Origin: Pelomyxa schiedti
Lineage: Eukaryota > Protista > Evosea
Reading direction: 5' to 3'
Assembly: GCA_020536535.1 (NCBI GenBank)
Contig: JAHLWZ010000843.1
Span: 16,792 to 80,791, forward strand
Length of the DNA: 64,000 nt
The notes under the pieces were generated by a model. It was given only the letters and a program-made list of their open reading frames with translations. It made no database searches and was not told the DNA's origin. The position numbers and the translations under genes are program-made. This document shows positions 35,345 to 48,453 of the stretch, piece by piece. How positions within the stretch are numbered: the first letter of the stretch is position 1; every line of letters begins with the position of its first letter.

Positions 35345-38300
35345 TCAATTCCGGAATGCGTGCACCTCGTGTTGTACGATCATGGGATCGAACCCTTGTG
35401 TTGGAATGTAAGAACCAAACACAGGGGTAGAAGGAATAAGTTGTACCTGTGGTGTGCCAAGGAGGTGTGAAATAAACTCTAATAGAGCAAAGGGTTGTTG
35501 CGAGTCACCCCGCTTGTTCTCGAATTTTACCCAAACATCACCTGGTTGGTGTGAGTTTATATGGCGAGCTAGGTTATTGTAATCAGGAATTTACCTTGTG
35601 TCAGGAGTGTCGTGAGAAGTTTTCCATCTTTCAGGCTTATTAGTACCGCAGGAATTTCTACTCTTGCGGAATTCATGTCCTGTGGTGAGAATTCCATAAA
35701 CGCAAAGTCTAATATTTATCGAGACACACTACAGCACTAGTCATGGTGAACAATTCTGGTGAATCAACTTGATCGTACACGATGAGTGCTGTAGCACCTG
35801 ACTGTTGCACATTAAGTGCTTTCTCAACAAAAGAGCAGCCTCCTCTTTGAACAATGGCAGCACTCTCTGTCGATTTCACATTAAGGAAGGAATGTGGAAA
35901 AGGAGTTACTTGAAAAGCTTATGGGCAAACGACAGGCATCAATCGGTTGGCTGCATAAGGTGGAATTATTGTAATAAGTATTAATATAGTCCATACGAAA
36001 TAGAAAGAAGACTGCTGTAGGTAGTGTTTCTCAAATCCTGCCCTAGTTTGCGTTAATTAGAGGAAATAGAGTGAATTATCTACCAAACGTGGCTGAGGCA
36101 GCGTTTACAGACAGGTTATGGGTCCCAGTTGATGCCCATAGTCGCAAAGTAAGTGGTTCTTATTTGTGTTAACAACAGTTGCAGTTGAAAAAAAAAAAAC
36201 CACACCAACAGGCTGTGGATTTCCAATTTGCTTGCCCGACAACTGTCCGGCCGCAAGCTGGAACGCAGGACAGGAAAAGTGAAAGAGAGGGTCGTGACTA
36301 ATAGTGCGAGAGCTCAACTCTATAAGACAAAAATGAACACTTAACATCAGGAGTAACCATACTGCTTGAAGAGTTGCCGACATGGAATGCACTGAGAGGG
36401 AATGGGTGGGCTTGAGTGGAAAAAACGTATAAATTATGAGGGAATAGGGTGGCTGCACAGAGTACTGACTCATTGCACACACTGGAGTAAGCACTGTCAA
36501 ATAGCATATATAGGTACTTTAACGTTTCACTGCTCTTCATAAGAAAATCTTGAGGGACGTAGGGAAATTAACCTAAAGAAATATGAATCAAGCCTGTCAT
36601 CATGCCTCTTTGATCTCATATCAGCAAGTGATGCAAAGCCACATGGGACTCGTGCAGTTTTTTCAAAATGTTCCAGTAAAGCTTTTGCTGACTAAAATCA
36701 CAAAGATAAGGATGGGCCTACAGTATGCGCAAGGTACCAAAATTAATGAAGGGTCCCCTGTTGCTTCAAAAAGTGTGAACGCACTTTCAATAAATTCAGG
36801 TCGTAGTGTATACCTGTTAGACAATTAGTTGAAAGCACGTTCCAGAATAATTACCCAGGATCAACAAGAAACAATTCATTATTTCGTACAGTGAACCTTT
36901 CAGGTGGAAATCTACGTAAATTGCTGGTAAGTGTTCGTTTCTGGGTGAAAAGAGGAAGAACCCATGGTGGGCTGTTACGGCACTATGGAAGTGGTGCATT
37001 TCCTCGGCCTGATGAAGGTGCCCAACAAGAACCTGTGTTGTACAAAGTAAGAAAAACGAGTAGAATAGGTGACTGTATACCTGCAGAGCAGGCCAGAACA
37101 TCTGCATGTTAGTGAAGACATCTGATACTACAGACCCTACAAAAAAGAGTGGGCCATCACAACCGATAATTATTCCATACCACTGGCCATGTGAACTGAA
37201 TAATAAAGTGCTCCTTTCCGAAGGAATGTATTGACTGCATCATAAGCCTGGTTTTTTGGTTTTGTTTCGAGTCCAAATTGGTGAAAAGGAAGAGTACTGT
37301 CCAAAACATGTCAAGATACTTGTAATCGCCAAATGCAATATAACATTTGATTAAGTATTCATAAAATGAGTCCATGCCTTTTCTTAGGTAAGATACAACA
37401 AGATAACATAAACAAGAAACCTGGTCCAATACTGCTTGTCACACTGTAGAGAAAGATTTCATTTAATTTGTAAATCATTGTATTTGATTTGACTTACTCG
37501 CCCCATTTGCCACTGAATATGTTAATTGTTGTTCCCAATAGGTCAAGTTTGGATCGCCGCGTCCACATTGCAGATAATGATTTGTCAGCAACAGCCTATC
37601 ATTACTGTTAAAGCAGATGGTAAAAGTAAAGAGGGGTGGAAATTGCGTACCCTAAAGGTGGGATTATCAGTCAACGCTGATAAAAGTCCAAACTCCAATA
37701 AGAGAGTGCCAGCTTCTGCTGTAGTCTTAAGACAATGTAAGAGGTATTAGGAAAGAATTTTAAGTTATAACCGTGACAGTTTCAGCTGTGTTCTCACTGT
37801 TACCATACGGTATGCCAGTGTGCAAATTTACCTTGTCTCTTTAAGGGTGTTCAAAGAGATTTTTAAAAGTTCTTTGATACTTTAGGGTAGGGGATGCCTG
37901 TTGTGGTATTAAATGCAGGTAATAACCTTGTGCCCAGGTCTAAGAGCAGGTCAGGAGGATATAGGAAATGAGCATCTATCACCATTGGCTAGAATTAAAA
38001 ACTCGTTCTTGTGCGGCTCAGGAAATTCGCTTGAATGCAGAGTTGCTTGAGCATGATTGCTCAGAAGTCCACCTTCAAAACTGAGAACTAAACATTGACA
38101 AAGGGGCAAAAACCAAGTACGCGAATGGTTGCTTCAAAAACGGAGACAACCACGTCATTATCAAAAGAAACTGTTGTTGAAACTAAGTTGAGAGCTCTGT
38201 AGTACTCTGACCAATTTCCCTAGAGATATTGAGAAGATCCAAGAGAAATCCAATGTACTAACCATCACAGCAAGAGTGTCCATTCCATCGATGAGAGTCA

Positions 38301-38914
38301 AAGAATACCTGAAGAGAGCATTGGTGAAATTGTAGGATGCATGCCACATAAGCAATACCTGCCAAGTATATCATCAAGAGTTCCCCTCGTTTTTTCCGTT
38401 CTCCCAATACAAGCAAGGGGGCATAACTCATCTGCCGGGAAGGCGTGCAACATGTACGAGTCCCACCCATGTATGTACAATGATCGCACTCTCTCTCTGG
38501 AGAGAAAGGGAACCGTTATTGCCGCCAAACTCATGAACCAAGGAACGATTACCGTAAACTCCCCAATGAAGGTGCATCGAACAACTCTCCCAGCCGACGC
38601 TCTCTGCTATTCTCCGTCAAGTTGCGAAATGGCAGGTAGTAGCACTCTGCGTCGCCCGCGCACTTTTGGCCGTCCCACAACCAATCGCCAACAGCGCGCT
38701 CCAGGCCACCTTCTTCCTCAACAAGAGCAGATCCCAGATCGAACTGCACTTCCGCGTCGGTTTCAATCGCGCGCGCTCGGCCAGGAAGGAAACATGTGAA
38801 CAGCAACGTGAACAGAAGAAATGAGTACGGTGCAGCGACGACGGCCGGAGATGCGATTTTATTTCTACATCTCAGCACTGCGGCATCGTTCTTGCCGTTG
38901 CCGTGTCCGGTCAT
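35345..38914 (-). CDS. EDEM-type GH47 alpha-mannosidase with PA domain (EDEM3-like architecture)
   Basis: Hydrophobic leader [20 protein letters not shown]; [80 protein letters not shown]; PA domain [21 protein letters not shown]. Confidence 0.9.
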
Positions 38915-39143
38915 CACACAGGAAATTGTTCGCTGAAAATGACTCATGAGACTCAGGTTTTTTTGAGTGATTCCCCTCTGACAGGAGCTGATTGCCTACA
39001 AATTCAGTAAACACACACTGGGAGAGGACACCGGGGAGTCTGCAGTCTTTGGCAGTCGGGCGGGGAATGAACGAATCTGCACCATTTAAATCAATTGACA
39101 CAACCAAAATAAATTTGGCCGGTGCGAGATCAATACGGACGAG

Positions 39144-40690
39144 ATGAGGAGGCGCGGCTCACGCAGGAACGACGACCCGGCGTACGGCGATGAAGACGAC
39201 GGTGGCGAGACCTACGAGGAAGACGATGATGGGAGGCGCGAGGGCGCAGACGACGATGACGACGAGGACGAGGAGGACGACGAGCCCCCGCCGCCCTCCA
39301 AGAGGCGCGCACCAGTGAGGTGTAACACCACCCATAATTGCTTTTTTTGTATGACTGCTTGTTGTTACTTTGCTTCTACTTTTTTTTTTAAAAAAAACAA
39401 ATTTATGTAGAGTTGTTCCCATGTTTTTTGGTTTTTTTTTTTTTTTTTGTTTTGGTGGATAGAATATGTACACGTTTCTTAAATATACATACAGCACACC
39501 GAGAAAGTCAAAGGTCAAAGGTGAACCTACTGCATGTGGTCAATTGTGCACCCTAGTGAATGATAGACTTAAGGGCCTCGCCCAGAAAGTGTGTGCAGCA
39601 TTACAAAAGCAACTACCCGTTGGTTCCACCCGCAGCATATTTGATATTCAATTCGTTTTACACACTGGAATAGAAGGTACTGTACCCTGTTTATGCTATT
39701 TCACTAATTGCCTTCACAGAACTGGAGACACAACACTTCCCTCTCTCAATCACTGTTTCACTTGAGCAGGGGTCATCTGATGTAACGCGGGGACCTGTCC
39801 CACTCATAACAGGGAGCAAACCTACCTTAGCGGGGCTCCTGAAAAGTGTATGCTTTCTCTGCAGTTTTAGTGACTGTTACTTACTTGATGTTTGACCTTA
39901 GACCACTGTTGGTGACACAAAAGCACGTGCATTTATCTTCAAGGTCATTGCTGAGTGGTTCTACAAGTGTTGGGAAAGGGTACTCCAAAACTACGTAAAT
40001 AAGTAAAAGTACACTAATAGTTCTTATGTTACTAGATTGCAGCTAATGAGAAGCTAGGCGTATCTCCTGGTCGCACATTTGTTGCTCTAATGAAGACAAC
40101 TCCACCCGTGCCTGGGGGGTTGCATTTTGATCTGAGACTAGGAGAGTGGGTCGGGGATGGTGTATCCGTATTTGCTGGTTTTTTCCGCACCGCAGTCCGT
40201 GAGAAACTCTAATTCCCTCATGTAGACGAACCACTTGTGACGTACCCCTCTACTTCCACCAGTCCTCCCCCTGCACCCGAGGAACCCAAAGTCAATACGA
40301 CACAGGCAACCGGCCAGAAAGCTCCAGAAAGCCCTAAACCGGTACAAGAACCCCCAGCAGCTACCCCAACACTGGCCAAGGTACCGAATTCCTCAAGTAG
40401 TCTATCAAAAGTCTAATATCTGGCAGCCAGTTTTGTGTGCCCAAGGACACCTCATTGTACCAATGAGCAAACCGGCATTGATAGCCGAGTCCAAGTCTTA
40501 CACAGAGGGATACCAATGTGTAGCGTGCAACACCAAATCAGAGCTTAAGGATGCTGAAATTCTGGGTCACTGTGCCACTTGTTCTCATGATTTGTGCCCA
40601 AAGTGCTATGCAGAGAAAAAAGTGCGTTGCATCCTATTTACTCCTTTTTGCTTTCTCAATTTCGTTTGTTTGGTACAACAGAAATCATAA
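39144..40690 (+). CDS. Hypothetical protein, acidic N-terminus and C-terminal Cys/His zinc finger
   Basis: Exon chain with GT-AG introns; last part CAQGH..CVACN..HCATCSHDLCPKCY. Confidence 0.55.
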
Positions 40691-40870
40691 TTCTACCATT
40701 GAAATTCGACATTGTGCCCTTGGATTGTACAGGATCCTAATTTAACCTACTTACTGGTATTCTGATACCAATGTTCCTGATGTAAGGGAAAGAGAAACAG
40801 GGAAAAAAAATAGTGACTGAACTTCACTCAACTATCAACATATCAAATGTTGGCGACTTTTTTTTGGTGT

Positions 40871-43800
40871 TCAGGAGGACTTTGTTTGTTTTTGTTTTGA
40901 TTTTTTGGTTTTTTTCTTTGAGGGTTGTTGCTTGGCCTGTGGTTTTGGTTTGCCTTTTGGTTTTTTTGTGTTTGCCTCAGGTTTTACAGTCTTTTGTGCT
41001 TCTGGTTTGGCCTTTGGTGTTCCCTCCTTTTTGGTCTTGTTGCTTTGAGGTTCTGGTTTTTTGGGGTTTTGTTTGGCTGTTTTTTTCTTTTGTGCCTTTG
41101 TCTTTTTTGGCTTTGCTTGGGGTGCTGTGGTACTGTTAATAGCAGGGTTTTTCGTAGATACCGAGGGCGGAGGAGAGGGCATGGAGGGGGTAGCGGCTGG
41201 GGCCGCTTCTTGACTTTCAACTGTGGTGGATTCCGGCTTTGGTTTGGGGGGGGGCAGCACTTGTCCCTGACAAGCGGGGGATTTTGGGCTTTGGTTGGGT
41301 TACAATGCTGGGTGTGAACTGTGAGTAGTAATCTCGAGATTGGGGTTTGCTGAGTTGAGGAGCCTGACTCTTTGGTATTTTGTGTTTGAAAATCGTCTTG
41401 GGCACCTTCGGCTTCAGGTTCTTGGCTTTTTTCAATGTTGGCTGGGGGTTTTGGGCAGGGGAATCATCTTCCGTAGGAGATGTTTCACTAACTGTGTTGT
41501 TGTTGGTGTCACTTGTATCTCCTTCTGTTGGGGCTGTTACTTGTGTCCGTGATGCTTCCTGTGGGGTCTTGGGTTTTTTTTGAGTGGCTTTTTTTGGGAC
41601 AGTGGCTTTTGTTTTAGCTTTGCCTTTTGTGGTCACAGTTTGTTTCGTTTCTGTTTCCATCGGAGCCGTCTCATTTGTGGTAGTAGTCTGTTCTTGTTCT
41701 GAGTTTTCTACACTGCTGGCAATTTCTTGGCTGATGGGACTTTCTTCTGTCTCACCAGTTTTTTTCGTTGAAGTCGTCTCAGCAGTGCTAGACGATTCGT
41801 CATCATTGGAAATTTCTTTGGTACTGTGAATTTCGCTGGGGGCAGTTTCTTGACTATTGGAGGTGGAAACTGGTTTTGTCTCTATCGGTTGACTGATACT
41901 CGGCTGAGCTCGCCTACTCTCAATTGCAGTGAATCTTGCAGTTTTGCCAGTCTGTAAATAGCGGTCTTTGGCTCCCTTAACCATTTTGTCAACAATTGTA
42001 GCAGGTGGCGTGGTGGCTGCTGGGGGTTGTCGTGGACTGGATGTAATGGAAGGAACGTGTTTTTCTCCTCTAAGCAGACGTAAGAAACGCTCTGAGAGAA
42101 TGTAAGGACTTTACCTGGCGTTACCGAAATCCGCTTCTGTCAACTGACGAGGTGGTAATTCGCATCCATCAGGCAGAAAAGAAGGAAACAGCTTCCCTTT
42201 GACAAACACAGGATTCGAAAAATAGGACGCAACAGACGCTGCTACTATGTCTTTAAAATGGCCGAATCCAGGGTACGTTGTGCCTGGTGTGAGAGGCGTG
42301 CCTTTCAGGAGTGGATCGAAGTAGGGCTGTATGGAGCCGACCATTTGATGTACTTCAAACTCAAGAACAGGTGATACAGTTCCTTTTGTTGGGCTCCCTT
42401 TCCCAGACTTGTACAGGGTAATTGCTGTTGTTGCAATGGGATGTGCCTTGTGAATGTACAATACATCATTTCCGTATCGCCGATTTCTATAACTCTCCTC
42501 TGGAGTAAGTTGGTCCTCATGCATCTTAAGTGTCTGGACAAGTCGTTTCTCATCAATAAACGGAAGGAGGACAACTCCTGCCCATGCTTGCTTTTTACCG
42601 TTTCTATCAACCGCGAAGTCCAGAGGATAGAAGTCGATAATTGGTGACTTTGGATCACTCATTAGGTTGGCAAAGCATTGAGGAAGGCAGTGCCCGCTAG
42701 CGGCTGGAAGAACACCCATTAATTGCTCAAAGGGGCGGAAGGGCTCTCCCAGATCAAAGAACGGGGAAAAGTTCTCGCGATCCACAAATTTCGATATCTC
42801 AGCAGCAAATGGACTGTAATGATAAGGGTAGAACCACTGGAAGTTGTTAGATGAGAAAACACAGATAGAGGAAAAAACCGTCCAAGAGCAACAGCCCTGA
42901 TAATAGTACTTCAGAACCCAACAGAGACCAGTTACGTAGGAACTGCATAGCTCAGTAAAAAATCCCTTGTCATCCATTTTCTTATTGAACTTAATACCGT
43001 AATAACGCTCACGCCAACCAGCTGTTCCCAGCTGAATCTTGTCTTCTTCTGGGGGTTCTGAGGAGATAGAAGATGGTATATAGCCAGGAGGTTGGCTAAA
43101 TCGGAATGGTGTTGCACTGCTGCCTGCCGGAGCAATAGTATTGGGTGAGGGTGCTGGGGTCACTGGCGGCTGGGGGGCTGTGGGGCGGATGGTCTGAGAG
43201 ACCTGGCTGGAATGCAAGGTTGCATGCCTGGCGAGTGGAGCACAGAGGCTCAGTGGGGCTTTGGCCAAAAGACTGTTCTTCAGAAGTTCGGCAGCCCCAA
43301 AATTGGAAGAGTCAAGTTGAACGCTTGCAATGACTGGAGTGTTTGGTACTGGGAGAGGGGCATTTTGTATCGGTTGTTGTTTAGATGGCGGTGCGGATTG
43401 TGGAGGAGGCACGTTGTGAATCTGTGGAGGCGTAGGTCCATTGTGAAGCTGTGGAGGCATATTGTGAGGCTGTCGAGCTGGTTGGCGAGAGAACCTAGAC
43501 AACCCATACGGGCCCCTGGAATTATTGAAGCGGCTCTCCCTTTTATTCCGTTCTATCAAAAGATTTTCTTCGTGGTGACTCACTTCCTCAATGAAACACA
43601 TAGCATTTGGTATTATGACTGTTCCACTGTCAGTGATATAGCTACCCATCTGTGGTAGCTTTTTTTTGTATATGTCTATAAGCAAGTCAAGGGCCCCATT
43701 TTCAATTTCAAGTGTTGGGGAGTGTGGAAGGAAGTCATTGCCAACCAGGAAACACACAAACACCCAGTCGTCAATTAACCGCTCAAAGTCAAGAGCGAAG

Positions 43801-44819
43801 TTTGCTTGTATGTCTCCCAATGTATTTTCAAGGTATTCACGAAGGATGTTAATGTGGAGGAATTGAAAGGGCTTTTTCTTGCATCCTTGTTCTGGGTTTT
43901 TTGTTGGACATTGTGCTGAATAGTGTCCGCGCTCTCCGCACAGGAAGCATCGTGGACCAGTCCTATCCGGTACAACTTCTCTCACTAAACTGAAATGTGG
44001 CTCATGAGTAGCAAGAGAGAGCATAATCAGGTCAGCATCCAAGCCGTACATGCAATGCCTCATATTTGGGGGGTATCCTGGTTTATTCTTTTGCTTCCGA
44101 ATGTAGTCCACAATTTTATGCTCTCCTTCCCCAGGCACACTAGAATCACTCAAAATCACTTTTATACCTTTCCACCCAGGATCACTAGAGAGATGCTGGT
44201 TGATGTAAAAGCGTAATGCTTGGGACAACTTGTCCATAAACGGTGTGCCTGGAGTGATAACATTACTATCCCAGGATTTTTTAACGGGATTAACGGGTTG
44301 CCCGTCAGCAGCCAATTTGTTACTGTAAAGGGAGATAAGGATTTCCTTAAAACAAAAAAGGAGAAGGGAGGGTAGAAAAAACTGATAGCAATGAAGGAAG
44401 AAGAAGAAGAACTAAGAGGGTAACTGTGATTACTTTATGGCCTCTTGCTGGGAAACTTTTTCAGCAGCATCTCTAGCTGCTTTAAATCGACGTGATCGCT
44501 GCTGGTTGATCTTTGCGCGCGGAGCCACGCCGTCAATAGCCAGGTACAGGAGCCTCCTCGGCCTCACGATAGAAAACAGCCTGTCAATGTACGTAAACAC
44601 GGCGGAAAGCATTTCCTCCTCAGTCGCGGGCGCCGGCCCTTGTTCAGGGTGGCAGCACGGGTGCACGATGCCGTTCATGTCCAAGTATAAGTTGTCAAAC
44701 TCGAGGCCGTTTGGGTTCAGATCTGCCGTGTTGACGCCTGGCGCATCGTTCTCTACGGCCGATACTATGCACTTGGGGAACTTCTTGGACAACCAACGGA
44801 AGAACTGCGGTATTCCCAT
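40871..44819 (-). CDS. XRN2: 5'-3' exoribonuclease 2 (Xrn2/Rat1)
   Basis: [78 protein letters not shown]; CCHC knuckle [14 protein letters not shown] typical of Xrn2; long low-complexity tail with a frameshift at 41250. Confidence 0.95.
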
Positions 44820-45127
44820 CTCTCACCGGTGTTCAAGATCTGGCGTCGTAGACGACACCTCCCACTACACCTTTTTTCTTTTTTTTTTTGTGTTTTGTTC
44901 GTTTCGTATCATAATCCCTAGTTAATAGATCCCTGCAACTGTGAGCGATCATAGGAATGGACCCAGGAGGAATAGGCACTTCCTTAATAGCCCTCTGGTG
45001 AGGCGGACACAAATTGGTGCTCAGGCTGGGAGGCCAAGTTGCTTGTAAGATTTCCTTTTCCAATCATTTTCGTGGATTATCGATAAGGGTCCAACAGGTA
45101 AAAGGACACAAACGAAAAAATTTCGAG

Positions 45128-48100
45128 ATGAGCAACGCGGTAACAGACGCGGATCTTAGGCAGATCTTCGAGGCCAAATGCGTTGTAGGTGTTTTGTTGT
45201 AAACTCGTCGGTTTTCTCTCATTCTCTCACTCACTTTTTTTTTCCCCCTCCCTCTACGCTTGTTGTCATCATCACAGGACTCCCATGTTGTCTCGCAACC
45301 GCAAAGGGCTGTTAGATTCGTGCAGCAGGTTAGACAAGCCACTGGCACGTCAAAAGCGCTTTGTCTGAGGACCGCGGGGCTTGGCCCTGCTTCGGCCACT
45401 GCTGTGGCTAATGTACTGAGGTTTAATGATTTCTACACCTCGCTGGATATGTCTGGAAACAGGTGCCTTTAATTTCACTGATTTCACTCATTCGTGTTGT
45501 GGAGCATTTTATTTTGCCTAGGAGGCCCTTACTTTCAACAGAATTGGAGACGCTGGAGCAGCTCACTTGGGGAGCATGTTGCGAACGAACAACACTTTGA
45601 CCAGCTTGGATATAAGAGGGAATGACATCGGCGTGCATGTAATACTCTCGCTTTCCTACGAGAATATAGTTACAGATGTAGGGAATTGATGCCCTCTTTG
45701 CGGCCATCGGATGCCAAAATAGGACACTGACTCAACTTGATTTATCTGCAATTAATGGTGTTCGCAATCACGTTGGTGTTAAAGCTGCTGTTGGTATTGC
45801 AGATGCATTGAAAGAAAATTCTGTATTGAACCGTATATGCCTGCGGGATACTGGTTTAGGCATAGAGGGAGTCAAGAAACTTTCAGAGGGAGGTGGCATT
45901 AGATCATGTGTTTCCCTTGATCTTTCTCGGAACAATATACAAACTGATGGATGTTCAGAATTAATGAGAGTTCTGCGTGGTTCTACTTCCATCGAGACAT
46001 TGTTCATCTCACATAATGGGATTGGTGATGGAGGTGCTGCAGCAGTTGCACACTTTTTCCGAACAGTGAACTCTCTGATTCTACTGGACTTGTCATATAA
46101 CAACATTGGGAACACTGGAATCAAGCATCTCTCTAATGCATTCAATCACCACTTAACCAAAGGAGGGCGGTTTCCGCTCAGAGTACTGTCACTAGCAGGA
46201 AATCCTATATCCTCAGATTCACTCAGAATACTTTTGAGTCCACTTTCTGGGAGTCCATACTCCAGCCCCCAGCTAACACCAACAGAACCTCCTAAGCCAA
46301 TTGAAGTGCCAATTGGGACACCCGAACGTCCCAAAAGGCAATCACCAGAGGGTGTACAACCTCTAACCCTCCCATCATCCCCCCGTCACTCTTCCGCACA
46401 GTCACAATCTCTTTCCACCTCTCCCCGTGCTTCACCACAGCTCTCACCACTTCTCCTACCATCAGATTCACGATCACACGTAAGACCAGCCAGTCCAAGG
46501 CAGTCTACAGCGAAACAAGACTCAAACGTTGTTCACACGACTTCGTGCCAGTCTTCACCCACTCTTTTACCGTCTCAGTGGGGACGGCTAAGCACAAGGC
46601 CTCGACACTCCGCCATTGACCAGAATCCTTCAAGTGCGTCTAGTGGTACAAACTCACCCTTTTTACCCCCAATAATTACGAAAGCCTGCATTCACTTTGG
46701 CGATTCACCAACAAACTTAACTTCAACCAGTGCCCCGCATTCAGCAAATTACTCACAACGTGTAGTGCAATTCAAGCAGCTTCCGAAAACAACATTACGA
46801 CGCCCCAGAAATCGGCTTGGAAACTCCACATCCGTATCACAACCTGTATCCAGATTGTCATATAATGTAGATAGGCTCTGGCAGAATACCCATTTGTCAT
46901 TTTCAACACCACCAACAGCAAACCCATCTCCTCAGCGATCCCGAGCCACATCACCCCCCCTTTCTTTTCATCTTCCTCCTATATCCAACCTTAATAACGG
47001 CCTTGTATGTACCCAAAAATGCCGAATAGAAGTGTTGGACTTGAGTTGCTGTGAACTTGACTCATTCAGTGGGTCAGTACTTGCATCCTTTATAGAATTG
47101 GCCCCAGCACTCAAGAAGTTAGTTCTAAAAGAGAACCGATTAGGTAAGATATTTCACCAACATCACAGGGATTAACTCAGCTCAGAGGATGTTGGCACTG
47201 CTGAAATCATGTCAGTTCTTAAGACAAACACGACACTCACATATCTTGATGTGCGTGGTAATGGAATTGGCGACATCGGTGCAGAGCACATTGCAAATGC
47301 TATTGCCTTAAACAAAGTAATGAGGCATCTTGACTTGAGTGACAATAAAATTTCATCTTTATCTGGGGATGCTATTGCAGCTGCAATTTCACAAAATAGT
47401 GCTTTATACAATTTGGTGTTGGAGTTCAATGATATTAGCTTTCGTGCTCACACGGAAATTAAATCAAAACTGAAAGCAAATAAAGAAAATGCTGAACGGA
47501 ACGCAGTTATACTTGTAGAAAAGGAAATTGCCGGTTTACGCCAGGTATTCAAAGGCCTCACTCGTATTTGCCACAAGTTTATACGATTAGGAAAAAGCAA
47601 AACTTGATAGCCTGCAAAAGGCTCTTGATCTTGAACGGGCGAGATACAGTGAGGTATTTGAGTCACTTTGTCCTGGTTCTAATTTTCAAATTGCAGCTTG
47701 AAAAACGGTGTTATGAGGCTGATCAAAGATTGGAGAGCTTCACAGCAGCCTTTGAAGCCAAAAAAAGAGATTTGGAGATGAGAACCTCTGAAAAGAATAG
47801 ACTACTTCAAGATGTAATTTCTACCATGATTATTTCAGATTGGCGTAAACTGAGCTTTACACAAGGCACTTCAACAACAAAACGACCTTTCTGAGAGAGC
47901 CTCTAAATATGCGGTCGAGCAACAAGAACTCTATCAGCGCCTTACACAGCAGATACAACAGGTGATTTTTATTATTAACATTTCTCCTGAACGTTCATAA
48001 TCCGGTTCCCCTAACCTTATACAGGAGCGAGACGAAAACTCCAGTTTAATGCAACAAATTGAAGAAGCCCGCAATTCCCTTTCTACATCCCAATTCACCA

Positions 48101-48237
48101 TCACCGCCACGGCAACCACAGCTCCAATCGCCAATACAACAACACTTACTGCCACCGCCACTTCCAAGACCATTTCTAGGCTCACCACCCCTTCACTATC
48201 ACTGCAGCAGCTACTTGGATGTGATCTGTTGTCCTGA
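45128..48237 (+). CDS. RI-type leucine-rich repeat protein with S/P-rich insert and C-terminal coiled coil
   Basis: Repeats LDLSRNNIQTDG, LFISHNGIGDGGA, LDLSYNNIGNTG, LDVRGNGIGDIGA, LDLSDNKI. Confidence 0.85.
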
Positions 48238-48453
48238 AACTACAGGTTCACTGGCCACATTCCATTCATACATACATATCACCCAATGCCTGACTTCCCA
48301 CGTCTGCATGTACCTCTAGTTGACTTGGATTTTTGTTGTTTTTGTAAACACCTAATAGCGACACTATTTACCTCTCAAAGTTTGGTTCGTCTGTGACCCT
48401 TTTTCCGGCAACCCGAAAAGTTTTTCATCAAATTGGCCGAAAACTGACAAGGA

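Noticed and set aside
8391-44819. Functional link between the RNA repair gene, the metallophosphoesterase and XRN2
   Set aside because: Separated by unrelated genes; eukaryotic adjacency at this scale is weak evidence
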